From a virus (taxonomy: Duplodnaviria; Caudoviricetes), in IMG/VR virus record IMGVR_UViG_2716884858_000003, positions 1 to 64,000 of that record: 64,000 nucleotides of DNA. One strand, 5' to 3'. A program made the position numbers and the translations under genes. How positions within the stretch are numbered: position 1 is the stretch's first letter; every line of letters begins with the position of its first letter. Below are positions 46,616-55,994 of the stretch, piece after piece. Below the pieces are notes generated by a model that was not told the DNA's origin, did not search any database, and was given only the letters and a program-made list of their open reading frames with translations.

Positions 46616-47287
46616 ATGACCACCACCGAGCCCAAGGGCCTGCGGATCGCCCCCGGCGCCCTCACCCCCAAGCCCTCCCGCTCCATCACCGTCCCGGCCC
46701 CCGCCTACCCGGGCGACCCGCTGCCCGGCGCCGTGGCGCTCCAGGCCGGCGTACGGGCCTGGCTGGAGGCCCGCGGCCTGGACGCGGACGCCCCGGACCT
46801 GGTGGACACCCCCGCCCGCGTGCTCCGGGCCCTCAACGAGATGACCGCCGGCTACGACGAGGACCCCGCCCAGCACCTCGCCCGGACGTTCCCGGCCCAG
46901 CACGCCGGGACGCCGATCGTCGTCACCGGCGTGCCGTTCACGTCGCTCTGCGCCCACCACCTGCTCCCGTTCACCGGGCACGCCGATATCGCCTACCAGC
47001 CCCGCTTGGGCGACCCCGTGGCCGGACTGTCCAAGCTCCCCCGCGTCCTGGACGTGTACGCCCGCCGCCTCCAGACCCAGGAAGACCTCACCCGCCAGGT
47101 GACCGCCGCCCTGGACGAGCACCTGGCTCCCCTCGGCGCCGCGTGCGTCATCCGCTCCGAACACGGCTGCCTCGCCCACCGAGGGGCCCGCAAGCCCGGC
47201 GCCGTCATGGTCACCGCCTCCTACACCGGGTGCTTCGACGCCGACGTGTACCGGCGGGAGGAGCTGCACCGCCTCATGTCCGGCTGA
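46616..47287 (+). CDS. folE: GTP cyclohydrolase I
   Basis: TPARV, SLCAHHLLPF.G, GLSKL.R, RRLQ.QE, HGC..RG. Confidence 0.93.
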   Translation: MTTTEPKGLRIAPGALTPKPSRSITVPAPAYPGDPLPGAVALQAGVRAWLEARGLDADAPDLVDTPARVLRALNEMTAGYDEDPAQHLARTFPAQHAGTPIVVTGVPFTSLCAHHLLPFTGHADIAYQPRLGDPVAGLSKLPRVLDVYARRLQTQEDLTRQVTAALDEHLAPLGAACVIRSEHGCLAHRGARKPGAVMVTASYTGCFDADVYRREELHRLMSG

Positions 47288-47334
47288 CCCCCCGATATGC
47301 GAACCAATAGGCACATGCGAACGGAGGGCACCCG

Positions 47335-47784
47335 ATGAGCGCCAGCAGGGCCAAGCGCGCCCAGGTCGCGGAGCGCCGCGCCAAGGCCATCGCCATGGTG
47401 CTGGCCGGAGTCGATTACGAGACGATCGCCGACCGGCTCGGCTACGCGAGCAGAGGCGCCGCGCACACCGACGTGGACCGCGCCCTGGCCGCGAACCTCA
47501 CCGACCTGGAGACCTCGGCGGGCAGCCTGCGGGAGGTCCAGTTCATGCGCTACCAGCGGCTGCTGGCCGCCGTGTGGCCCAAGGCCCTCAAGGGCGACCT
47601 GAAAGCGGTGGAGGGAGCGGCGCGGCTGGTCGACCGCATCGTGAAGCTTTGGGGCCTGGCCGAGCCGGAGCGGCTGGACCTCAACGTGGACGCCCAGAGC
47701 CTGGGGGACGAGATCCTGGCGCTCCTGCGCGAGCAGACCAGCGACGGCGACGAGGGCGACGAGGATGCGTCTGACCTGCCGTAA
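47335..47784 (+). CDS. Terminase small subunit (putative)
   Basis: N-terminal HTH (Y.TIADRLGY); immediately upstream of the large terminase. Confidence 0.7.
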   Translation: MSASRAKRAQVAERRAKAIAMVLAGVDYETIADRLGYASRGAAHTDVDRALAANLTDLETSAGSLREVQFMRYQRLLAAVWPKALKGDLKAVEGAARLVDRIVKLWGLAEPERLDLNVDAQSLGDEILALLREQTSDGDEGDEDASDLP

Positions 47785-47915
47785 CGACCCTGTACCAGGG
47801 CACCGTTGGCGTGATCTTGGAGGCCGCTGCGCCCCTACCATTTCAGGCGAAAGCCCCGTAGCGGCGGCCACCGCCACGGGGCACTGCCAGACCTGAAGAC
47901 ACGTGAGGTCCGACG

Positions 47916-50567
47916 TTGCAGAACAGTACAGACCGCCTGAGCGCCGTCGAGGCGCAGCTCGCCGCTCTCGTGCGCGCGGGGGACACCAAGGCCCTCCGCG
48001 CGCTGCGGGACCGCGTCAAGGCCCAGCACACCACCAAGCGCGCTCGCCGCGCCGTGCACTATTACAAGGACCCGGCCGGGTGGGCGCGGGACGCCATCGA
48101 CTGGGGCAGCGACGGCGGCCTGACGGCCTACCAGGCGGACATCCTGGGCGAGCTGCCCGCCCGCAGGCGCGTGGCCGTGCGCGGACCCCACGGCCTCGGC
48201 AAGGCGCAGCCGTACGGCCTCCTCATCGACACCCCGTCCGGGCCCCGGAAGTTCGGGGAGCTCCAGGTGGGTGACACCGTGTTCGGCTCGGACGGCCGAC
48301 CCACGTCCGTCATCGGCGTGTACGAGCGTGGCGAAATGGACGTCTACCGCGTGACGTTCGATGACGGCACCTCCACCCTGTGCTCCGCAGACCACCTCTG
48401 GACCGTCAAGCGGTTCACCTGGTCAAGGAACGCCCCCGTGGAGTGGGTGACGAAACCCCTCTCGGAGATCATGGCGGAGGGCGTCGACCGCTCGAACGGG
48501 AAGGGTCGGGCCCGTAAGTGGGCGCTGCCCACCGCGGAGCCGCTGGAGTACCCGTTTCGGTGGGTGCCCGTGGACCCGTACACCCTCGGCGCCTGGCTCG
48601 GCGACGGGTCCAGCGGTAAGGGCACGATCAGCGGCAAGGACCGGGAGGTGGCGGAACGCGTCCGGCACGCCGGGTACCACGTCGTGGAGCGGGAGACACG
48701 CACCTGCCAGGAGTGGTCCGTCTACGGCCTCGGCCCTGCCCTCCGCCGCCTCGGCCTCCTCGGCACCAACGTCCGCGCGAAGGCTGTCCCGGACGTCTAC
48801 CGCTACAACATCCCGGAGGTGCGTCGGGAAGTGCTCCGCGGCCTCCTGGACACGGACGGCACGGTCACGCCCGAGGGCACCATCACGTTCACCAGCGTCA
48901 GCCGACAGCTCGCGGATGACGTCGCCTGGCTCGCCCGCTCCCTGGCCGGTACGGCTGCCGTCCACCGCCGGGTGAAGCGGCGGGAGGGCGAGGAGCCGTA
49001 TGAGTTCTACGTCGTCCGGCTCACCCTCCCGGAGGGCCGCTGGTTCCACATCGAGCGCAAGCAGGCTCGCGTCAAGCCGGTGAGTCAGAAGCGCTACCTG
49101 TGGCGGTGGATCGCCTCCGTGGAGCACGTGGGCGCGGGGCCCGTCCGCTGCATCCAGGTCGCCGCGCCGGACGGCCTGTACGTGTGCAACGACGTCATCG
49201 TGACCCACAACACCGGCCTGGCCGCCATCACCATTCTGTGGTTCGCCACCACTAGGGAGGCGGCGGCCGTCGACTGGAAGGTCATTTGCACCGCCTCCGC
49301 CTGGAGACACCTGCAAGTTTTCTTGTTCCCGGAAGTGCACAAGTGGGCACGCCGCATTCGCTGGGACGTGCTGGGCCGAGAGCCGTTCTCGGAGCTGACG
49401 GAGCTGCTGGCGCTCAACCTCAAGCTCCACCACGGCGCCGCCTCGGCCGTCGCCTCCAATAAGGCCGAGCTGATCGAGGGCGCGCACGCGGACTCCCTCA
49501 TGTACCTCATTGATGAGGCCAAGATCGTGCCCGATGGCACGTGGGACGCCATTGAAGGCGCGTTCTCGGGCGGCCGGGACGAGGGCCTGCCCGAGTCGTT
49601 CGCCCTGGCCATCTCGACGCCGGGCCCGCCCGCCGGCCGGTTCTACGAGATCCACAAGCGCGCCCCGGGCCTCGAAGACTGGCACGTACGGCACGTGACG
49701 CTCGAGGAGGCCATCGCCGCCGGCCGCATCTCGCCCCAGTGGGCCGAGCAGCGCGCCAAGCAGTGGGGCACCGACTCCGCCATGTTCGCCAACCGCGTCC
49801 TGGGGGAGTTCCACGCCTCCGACGAGGACAGCGTCATCCCCCTCTCGTGGGTGGACGCTGCGATCGAGCGGTGGCACGAGTGGGACCAGGCCGGCCGCCC
49901 CGAGCCGGACGGCCGCCGCGTGCTGGGTGTCGACGTCGCCCGAGCCGGCGGGGACTCCACCGTCCTGGCGCACCGCTGGGGCCTGGTCGTCGCGGAGCTG
50001 GAGATCCACGACCGTGAGGACACCATGCAGACCACCGCCCGCGTCCAGGGCGCCCTGGGCGAGGAGCCCGGCGGTGCCGTCGCCGTGGTCGACTCCGTGG
50101 GAGTGGGCGGTGGCGTCATCGACCGCTCCCGGGAGCTGCGCGTGCCCGTGCTGGCCTACACCGGCGCGGCCGGGACCAAGCTGCGCACCCGCGACGGGCA
50201 GTACGGGTTCACCAACACCCGCAGCGCCGCGTACTGGAGGCTGCGGGAGCTGCTCGACCCCGCCTTCGGCGCCCGGCTCGCCCTCCCGCCGGACGACCTG
50301 CTGGTGTCCGACCTGACGACGCCGACGTGGGACATCACCACCGGGGTGCCGCCCAAGATCAAAGTGGAGCCCAAGGACGACGTGGTCGCCCGCCTCGGCC
50401 GCTCCCCGGACAGGGGCGATGCGGTGGCCATGGCCATGTACGCGGACCACCTGGCCGCGTCCAAGGTCCACGCCCCCGGCGGCCAGCGCGACGGCCGGTC
50501 CTCCCGTGCCGCTGCTCGCTACGGCCGCCCGACGACCCAGGGCCTGCCACCGTCCAAGTTCACCTAA
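47916..50567 (+). CDS. terL: Terminase large subunit with intein
   Basis: Walker A GPHGLGK/T split by intein, LIDEA Walker B, ISTP, GVDVAR, SPDRGDA nuclease motifs. Confidence 0.92.
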   Translation: MQNSTDRLSAVEAQLAALVRAGDTKALRALRDRVKAQHTTKRARRAVHYYKDPAGWARDAIDWGSDGGLTAYQADILGELPARRRVAVRGPHGLGKAQPYGLLIDTPSGPRKFGELQVGDTVFGSDGRPTSVIGVYERGEMDVYRVTFDDGTSTLCSADHLWTVKRFTWSRNAPVEWVTKPLSEIMAEGVDRSNGKGRARKWALPTAEPLEYPFRWVPVDPYTLGAWLGDGSSGKGTISGKDREVAERVRHAGYHVVERETRTCQEWSVYGLGPALRRLGLLGTNVRAKAVPDVYRYNIPEVRREVLRGLLDTDGTVTPEGTITFTSVSRQLADDVAWLARSLAGTAAVHRRVKRREGEEPYEFYVVRLTLPEGRWFHIERKQARVKPVSQKRYLWRWIASVEHVGAGPVRCIQVAAPDGLYVCNDVIVTHNTGLAAITILWFATTREAAAVDWKVICTASAWRHLQVFLFPEVHKWARRIRWDVLGREPFSELTELLALNLKLHHGAASAVASNKAELIEGAHADSLMYLIDEAKIVPDGTWDAIEGAFSGGRDEGLPESFALAISTPGPPAGRFYEIHKRAPGLEDWHVRHVTLEEAIAAGRISPQWAEQRAKQWGTDSAMFANRVLGEFHASDEDSVIPLSWVDAAIERWHEWDQAGRPEPDGRRVLGVDVARAGGDSTVLAHRWGLVVAELEIHDREDTMQTTARVQGALGEEPGGAVAVVDSVGVGGGVIDRSRELRVPVLAYTGAAGTKLRTRDGQYGFTNTRSAAYWRLRELLDPAFGARLALPPDDLLVSDLTTPTWDITTGVPPKIKVEPKDDVVARLGRSPDRGDAVAMAMYADHLAASKVHAPGGQRDGRSSRAAARYGRPTTQGLPPSKFT
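48204..49211 (+). mobile_element. Class 3-type intein with LAGLIDADG homing endonuclease (336 aa)
   Basis: Starts AQP, ADHLW, VRCIQV, ends VTHN/T; LGAWLGDG and LRGLLDTDG. Confidence 0.9.
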
Positions 50568-50859
50568 AGCCTCGGACGCGAGACCCGGACCAGCTCCCGG
50601 GCGTCCAGCAGCTCAACAACAGGCTTGCCGACACACCTGTCGCTTGGCAAGGCTCGGGCGTGCGGCGAGGGAATTCCCCGTATGGCTGCGGCCAGCTGCA
50701 TGCCGGCGACCGGGAAGTGTTGAGGGGGCGGCTTACGGTGTAGAGGAGCGGACTCACCTCCGCTGGCGCGGAGAGCACTTCGCGACCAGGTGCCACAGGC
50801 GGATGAGTTGCGACCCACCTCCGCTCGAGCGGAGGTGAACCGGTCGCCGCGCGTGGCTT

Positions 50860-52390
50860 CTGGTCCGAAAATGAAAGGTGAGCCCAGGTCCGCGAGGTAG
50901 TGGGTGGGGTGTGTTCATGCGGCTTCGATGGGGTCGAAGCGGACGGTGAAGCCGAGGGCGTTGGCCTGCCGGGTGATGCGTCGCATGGCGCGTTCCGGGT
51001 TGTGCCTGGCGTAGTAGTCGCCGCCGAGGTCGTGGAAGGCGACGTTGTCGGTGAGGATGTGCCAGACAGCGGTCAGCAGGGTGTGTTCGAGGGCAACGAG
51101 GGCTTTCTTCTTGCCGAGACGGGGCACGAGGCGGTGGTAGCGGGCGCCGGGGTAGGTGCTCTTCCTGGTGTGGGAGGCGGCCATGGCGGCGGTGCCGAGC
51201 GTGGCGCCCAGCCAGCGGTTTCCGTGGCGCCGACGTCCGGACTTGTGTTTCCCGGCGGACTCATGGTGGCCAGGGCAGACCCCGGCCCACGAGGCCAGAT
51301 GGCCCGCGGTGCGGTAACGGGCCATGTCCCCGCCGGTCTCGGCGATGATGACCTCAGCGACGGCCCTGCCGACACCGGGAATGGTCTGCAGCAGCTCAAT
51401 CTGCTGGGAGAAAGGGAACATCTCGGCCTCGATCCGTGCGGACAGCTCCCCGATCGCCTCGGTGAGATGGTCGATCCGCTCCAGATGCAGCCGGCACAGG
51501 AAAGCGTGATGCTCACCGAAGTTCCCGGTCAGTGCCTCCACCAGTGCGGGGATCTTCGGCCGCATCCGGGCTTTGGCCATCCCCGCCAGGGCGTGGACAT
51601 CGCGCTCCCCCTCGATGAGCGCGTCCAGCATCGCCCGCCCGGAGACGCCCATGATGTCGGTGGCCACGCTGGAGAGCTTGATGCCCGCGTCCTCCAGCTC
51701 CTTCTCCAGGCGCTGGACTTCCCGGGACCGCTCCGCGGTCAGGCTGGCGCGGTAGCGGGTCAGATCCCGTAGGTGCCGGACCGGCTCGGGCGGCACGAAC
51801 GACGCCTTGAGCAGGCCGCATTCGCCGAGCTGGCACAACCAGGCGGCATCGGCGACGTCGGTCTTGCGGCCGGGCAGGCCCTTGGCGTGCGCGGCGTTGA
51901 CCAGGATCACGTTCAGGCAGTCCTCCAGCAGGTAGAACGCACCTCGCCAGTAGTCGCCCGTCGCTTCCAACACCACGAGGGTGACCTTCTCGGCGAGCAG
52001 CCAGTCCCGCAACTCGAGCAGGGAGTTGGTTACGGTGGCGAACGTACGGATCTCCTGCCGGCGCGAACGCCTGCCGGAAGGATTCGGGGTGCGGACGCAC
52101 GCCTTGAGGTCCTTCTTGCCGATATCCAGCGCGGCACACCGCTCATGCAGTACGTCCACGAATCCCTCCCAGGCAACGACGTGACATGCCAACGGCACGC
52201 CGTCCGGAGGGACCACAGGGCTGAAGAGTCTGGTCCGCGTGCTGCCGCAACAATTGACGGTCCCTGTCAGCGATCCCCATCGCCATCCTGACACGCGAGC
52301 TCACAAGGCATCACAGTGAAACCGGCGTTCCGGACGGAGCAGACTCATTTTCCCGCCTCCACGGCGGCCCGCGCAGCGGCCTGGGTTCCT
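50860..52390 (-). mobile_element. IS110-family element 1
   Basis: Transposase plus non-coding ends bounded by CT cores. Confidence 0.85.
50915..52159 (-). CDS. IS110 transposase
   Basis: ALDIGK, LEATG, KTD..DA (DEDD) and GVCP..HESAGK. Confidence 0.95.
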   Translation of the reverse strand: MDVLHERCAALDIGKKDLKACVRTPNPSGRRSRRQEIRTFATVTNSLLELRDWLLAEKVTLVVLEATGDYWRGAFYLLEDCLNVILVNAAHAKGLPGRKTDVADAAWLCQLGECGLLKASFVPPEPVRHLRDLTRYRASLTAERSREVQRLEKELEDAGIKLSSVATDIMGVSGRAMLDALIEGERDVHALAGMAKARMRPKIPALVEALTGNFGEHHAFLCRLHLERIDHLTEAIGELSARIEAEMFPFSQQIELLQTIPGVGRAVAEVIIAETGGDMARYRTAGHLASWAGVCPGHHESAGKHKSGRRRHGNRWLGATLGTAAMAASHTRKSTYPGARYHRLVPRLGKKKALVALEHTLLTAVWHILTDNVAFHDLGGDYYARHNPERAMRRITRQANALGFTVRFDPIEAA

Positions 52391-53904
52391 GGTCCGAAAA
52401 TAACGTCTGAGCCTCCGCTGGGCAGGCGGTGTCATGCGGCCTCGATGGGATCGAAGCGGACGGTGAGGCCGAGGGCGTTGGCTTGCCGGGTGATGCGGCG
52501 GAGGGCTCGTTCGGGGTCGTGCTTGGCGTAGTAGTCGCCGCCGAGGTCGTGGAAGGCGGCGTCATGGGTGAGCATGTGCCAGACCGCGGTCAGCATCGAG
52601 TGCTCCAGGGCGACCAGGGCTTTCTTCTTGCCCAGGCGGGGCATCAGACGCATGTAGCGGGCGCCGAGGTAGGTGCGATCGCGGGTGCGGGAGGCGGCCA
52701 TGGCCGCGGTGCCCAGGGCGGCGCCGAGCCACCGGTTGCCGTGTCGTCTGCGGCCGGACTTCTGTTTGCCGGCGGATTCGTGGTGGCCGGGGCAGACACC
52801 GGCCCAGGAGGCGAGGTGCCCGGCGGTGCGGAAGCGGGACATGTCGGCGCCGGTCTCCGCGATCAACACCTCCGCGACGGCCTGCCCGACTCCGGGGATG
52901 GTCTGGAGCAGCTCAACCTGGCGGGCAAAAGGGTGCATCTCCTCCTCGATCCGCGCGGAGATCTCCGCGATGGTGGCCTTGAGGTGGTCGATGCGCTCCA
53001 GGTGCAGACGGCACAGGAAGGCGTGGTGCTCGCCGAAGTTCCCGGTCAGCGCCTCCATCAGTTCGGGGATCTTGGGGCGCATGCGGGCCTTGGCCATCTG
53101 GGCCAGGGTGTGCACGTCGCGTTCCCCGTCGATGAGCGCGTCGAGCATGGCCCGGCCGGAGACGCCGAGGATGTCGGTGGCCACCGCGGAGAGCTTGATG
53201 CCTGCGTCCTCGAGTTCCTTCTCCAGCCGCTGGGCCTCGCGGCTCAGCTCGCCGGCGAGGGTGGTGCGGTAGCGGGTGAGGTCGCGCAGGTGCCGGATGG
53301 GCTCCGGCGGCACGAACGAGGCTTTCAGCAGCCCGCACTCGCCCAGCTGGCACAGCCAGGCCGCGTCCGCGACGTCCGTCTTGCGGCCGGGCAGGCCCTT
53401 GGCGTGGGCTGCGTTCACGAGGATGACGTTGAGGCAGTCCTCCAACAGGTAGAACGCGCCGCGCCAGTAGTCGCTGGTGGCCTCCATGACCACCAGGGTG
53501 ATGTTCTCCGCGACCAGCCAGTCCCGCAGCTCCAACAGGGCGTTGGTGGTGGTGGCGAAGGTTCGGATCTCCTGGCGACGGCTGCGGCGTCCGCTCGGGG
53601 AAGGGGTGCGCACGCACGCCTTGAGGTCCTTCTTGCCGATGTCCAGCGCGGCGCACCGCTCGTGCAGCACGTCCATGAGAGCCCTCCCCGTCTACGGCCG
53701 ACAGCAACAGCGTGCCGTCCGGAGGGGCCACAGGGCTGAAGAGTCTGGTCCGCGTGCTGCAGCAACAATTGACGGTTCCTGTCAGCGGCCCCCGACGCCA
53801 TACTGACGCTCGAGCTCATAGGCATCACAGATTCGCCGGCGTCCCGGACGGACACGCCCCCATTTTCCCGGCCTCACGGCGGCCGCGCAGCGGCCTGGGT
53901 TACT
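52389..53904 (-). mobile_element. IS110-family element 2
   Basis: Close paralog of element 1, same CTGGTCCGAAAAT end. Confidence 0.85.
52432..53676 (-). CDS. IS110 transposase
   Basis: DEDD motifs as in element 1. Confidence 0.95.
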   Translation of the reverse strand: MDVLHERCAALDIGKKDLKACVRTPSPSGRRSRRQEIRTFATTTNALLELRDWLVAENITLVVMEATSDYWRGAFYLLEDCLNVILVNAAHAKGLPGRKTDVADAAWLCQLGECGLLKASFVPPEPIRHLRDLTRYRTTLAGELSREAQRLEKELEDAGIKLSAVATDILGVSGRAMLDALIDGERDVHTLAQMAKARMRPKIPELMEALTGNFGEHHAFLCRLHLERIDHLKATIAEISARIEEEMHPFARQVELLQTIPGVGQAVAEVLIAETGADMSRFRTAGHLASWAGVCPGHHESAGKQKSGRRRHGNRWLGAALGTAAMAASRTRDRTYLGARYMRLMPRLGKKKALVALEHSMLTAVWHMLTHDAAFHDLGGDYYAKHDPERALRRITRQANALGLTVRFDPIEAA

Positions 53905-55534
53905 GACGCGTAAATAGATCCTGTTCAGGGTGGGTGTGGGTAGGGCTGGGCGCCCGGTGACCGTGGCGGGGCCGCCGGGTGTCCGGTTTGTCGGTCAGGC
54001 TGTGTTCTCCCTCGGGTTGAGGGTGACGGTGTAGCCGAGCTGGTTGAGCTGGTTGATGGCTCGGCGGGTGGCGCGTTCGGGGTCGCGTTGGGTGAAGTAG
54101 GTGCCGCCGAGCTCGTGGTAGGGGACGTTGTCGGTGAGCATGTGCCAGATCGCGGTGATGATCGAGTGCTCGACGGCGACCAGTGCCCTGAGCGGGCCGC
54201 GGCGGGCGGTCAGACGCTTGTAACGGGCCTGCAGGTAGGTGTCCTTGGTTCTCACCGCGCCGAATGCCGCGAGGCCGAGGGCGCCTTTGAGGTAGGGGTT
54301 GCCGGGCCGGACCTTGGTGTTCTTGGTGCGGCCGGCGGATTCGTGGTGGCCCGGGCAGACCCCGGCCCAGGACGCGAGGTGCTTGGCCGTCGCGAAGCGG
54401 GTCATGTCGCCGCCGGTCTCCGCGACGATCACTTCGGCGGTCGCCTGGTTGATCCCGGGGATGGTGTCGAGCAGGTCGAGGGCGTCACGAAAGGGAGCCA
54501 TCGCCTCCTCAACCCGCCCGGAGAGCTGGTCGATCATGGAGGTGAGCTGGTCGTACTGGTTCAGATGCAGGCGTGTCAGGAACGCGTGGTGCTCGCGGAA
54601 GCGTCCGGTCAGGGCCTCGGTGAGTTCGGGGATCTTGTTGCGGAGCTTGCGCTTGGCCAGGTCCGCGAGGACCTGCGGGTCGGCTTCGCCGCTGATGAGG
54701 GCTTCGAGCATGGCCCGGCCGGAGACGCCCATGATGTCGGAGGCGACCGCGGAGAGTTTGATGCCGGTGTCCTCCAGCAGTTTCTCCAGCCGCTGCACCA
54801 CGCGGGAGCGTTCGCGGGTGGCGGTGGTCCGGGCCCGGGTGAGGTCGCGTAGTTCACGGACCGGTTCGGGCGGCACGAAGGAGGGCCTCACCAGGCCGTG
54901 GGCACCGAGCTGGGCCAGCCAGGCCGCGTCCGAGACATCCGTCTTGCGGCCGGGCAGGTTCTTGACCTGCCGGGCGTTGACCAGGATCACGTTCAAGCCC
55001 TCGGACAGCACGTAGTAGAACGGCTTCCAGTAGTCCGAGGTCGCCTCGATCACCACCAGCGTCACCCGTGCGGCGAGCAGATGGTCGCGCAGGGCGAGGA
55101 CCGCGTTCGTCGTCGATCCCCACGTCGTGGTCTCGGTCGTGAAGGACCCCCGCCGCTTCGTACTCGGAGTACGGACACATGCCTTGGCGTCCTTCTTGCT
55201 GATATCGAGGCCCACGCAGCGTTCGTGCAGCACGTCCACGGCCTTGCTCCCTCCCGTGCCGAACAGCCGAGTACGCCGTTCCGGGAGGGCCAGGGTGAAT
55301 CAGGAATTCTGACGCACGTGCTCACAACAACACTCCACGGTTCCCGTGGACGGCCCCCAGCACCACGCTGACCTGCGAGCTCACCGGCATCACAGAAATA
55401 TCGGTTTCGGCCGGAACGGACACCACCACGATCCCGAACGGCATCACCCCAGGTCAGGGCAGACAGAAGCACCTCCGGCGCGCACACGGGATTTACCACG
55501 CCCCCGGCGCGCACCGAAGGTGCGCTGGATCGCT
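53903..55534 (-). mobile_element. IS110-family element 3 (more divergent)
   Basis: Ends CTGACGCG... and ...GGATCGCT; right end inferred from guide-like match. Confidence 0.75.
53995..55239 (-). CDS. IS110 transposase
   Basis: GLDISK, IEATS, KTD..DA, GVCP..HESAG. Confidence 0.95.
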   Translation of the reverse strand: MDVLHERCVGLDISKKDAKACVRTPSTKRRGSFTTETTTWGSTTNAVLALRDHLLAARVTLVVIEATSDYWKPFYYVLSEGLNVILVNARQVKNLPGRKTDVSDAAWLAQLGAHGLVRPSFVPPEPVRELRDLTRARTTATRERSRVVQRLEKLLEDTGIKLSAVASDIMGVSGRAMLEALISGEADPQVLADLAKRKLRNKIPELTEALTGRFREHHAFLTRLHLNQYDQLTSMIDQLSGRVEEAMAPFRDALDLLDTIPGINQATAEVIVAETGGDMTRFATAKHLASWAGVCPGHHESAGRTKNTKVRPGNPYLKGALGLAAFGAVRTKDTYLQARYKRLTARRGPLRALVAVEHSIITAIWHMLTDNVPYHELGGTYFTQRDPERATRRAINQLNQLGYTVTLNPRENTA

Positions 55535-55592
55535 GACCTGCGAAAAAGGGAAGCTTGAGGCAGGGGCGGGAAGATCGCGGACGATCCTCAAA

Positions 55593-55640
55593 GGACTCAT
55601 AATCCGTCGGCCGTGGGTTCGAGTCCCACCCGCCCCACCA
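55593..55640 (+). other. attR core: 3' half of a CAT-anticodon tRNA (Ile2/Met type)
   Basis: GGA-CTCATAA-TCC, GTGGG-TTCGAGT-CCCAC T-arm, CCGCCCC-ACCA; no canonical TAGC/D-loop GG upstream. Confidence 0.8.
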
Positions 55641-55994
55641 CAAGCATGCCCTGGCCTGCGGAAACGTTCCTCGTCGGGTGTTGGAGCGTCAACTTCCGTC
55701 CAGCGGACGGAATCCGCTGCTCGCGTGCTTGGGGTCGTAGCGGTCTGTGGCGGTCGGCACTCCGCTGACCTGCGGGGACGTATCGATCCGCTCGTGGCCC
55801 GAGCCATCGCGGGTCGCCGGTCTGGCGACGGAACGGTGATTTGAGGACGCTGGCAGGTCGCGGGGACCGGAAGTGTCCTCGAGGGTCGGTGGGTGCGGTG
55901 TGTGCCTGCTGTGGAGCGCAAGGTGTTCCTGGCCCTACGGCAGGGCCCCGCCGCTCCTGGTGGGTGCGGCGGGGCCCGGGTGTCGGTGGTGGGG

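Larger units (their letters stand above)
1..55640 (+). mobile_element. Integrated temperate prophage, defective (no virion structural genes); left boundary lies outside the window
   Basis: Integrase at left, repressor/cro switch, recombination, replication and terminase modules in phage order, tRNA 3'-half at 55593-55640. Confidence 0.85.

Noticed and set aside
55563-55640. Intact functional tRNA gene
   Set aside because: 5' half lacks canonical U8/D-loop features and the anticodon stem is only partly paired; treated as an att remnant
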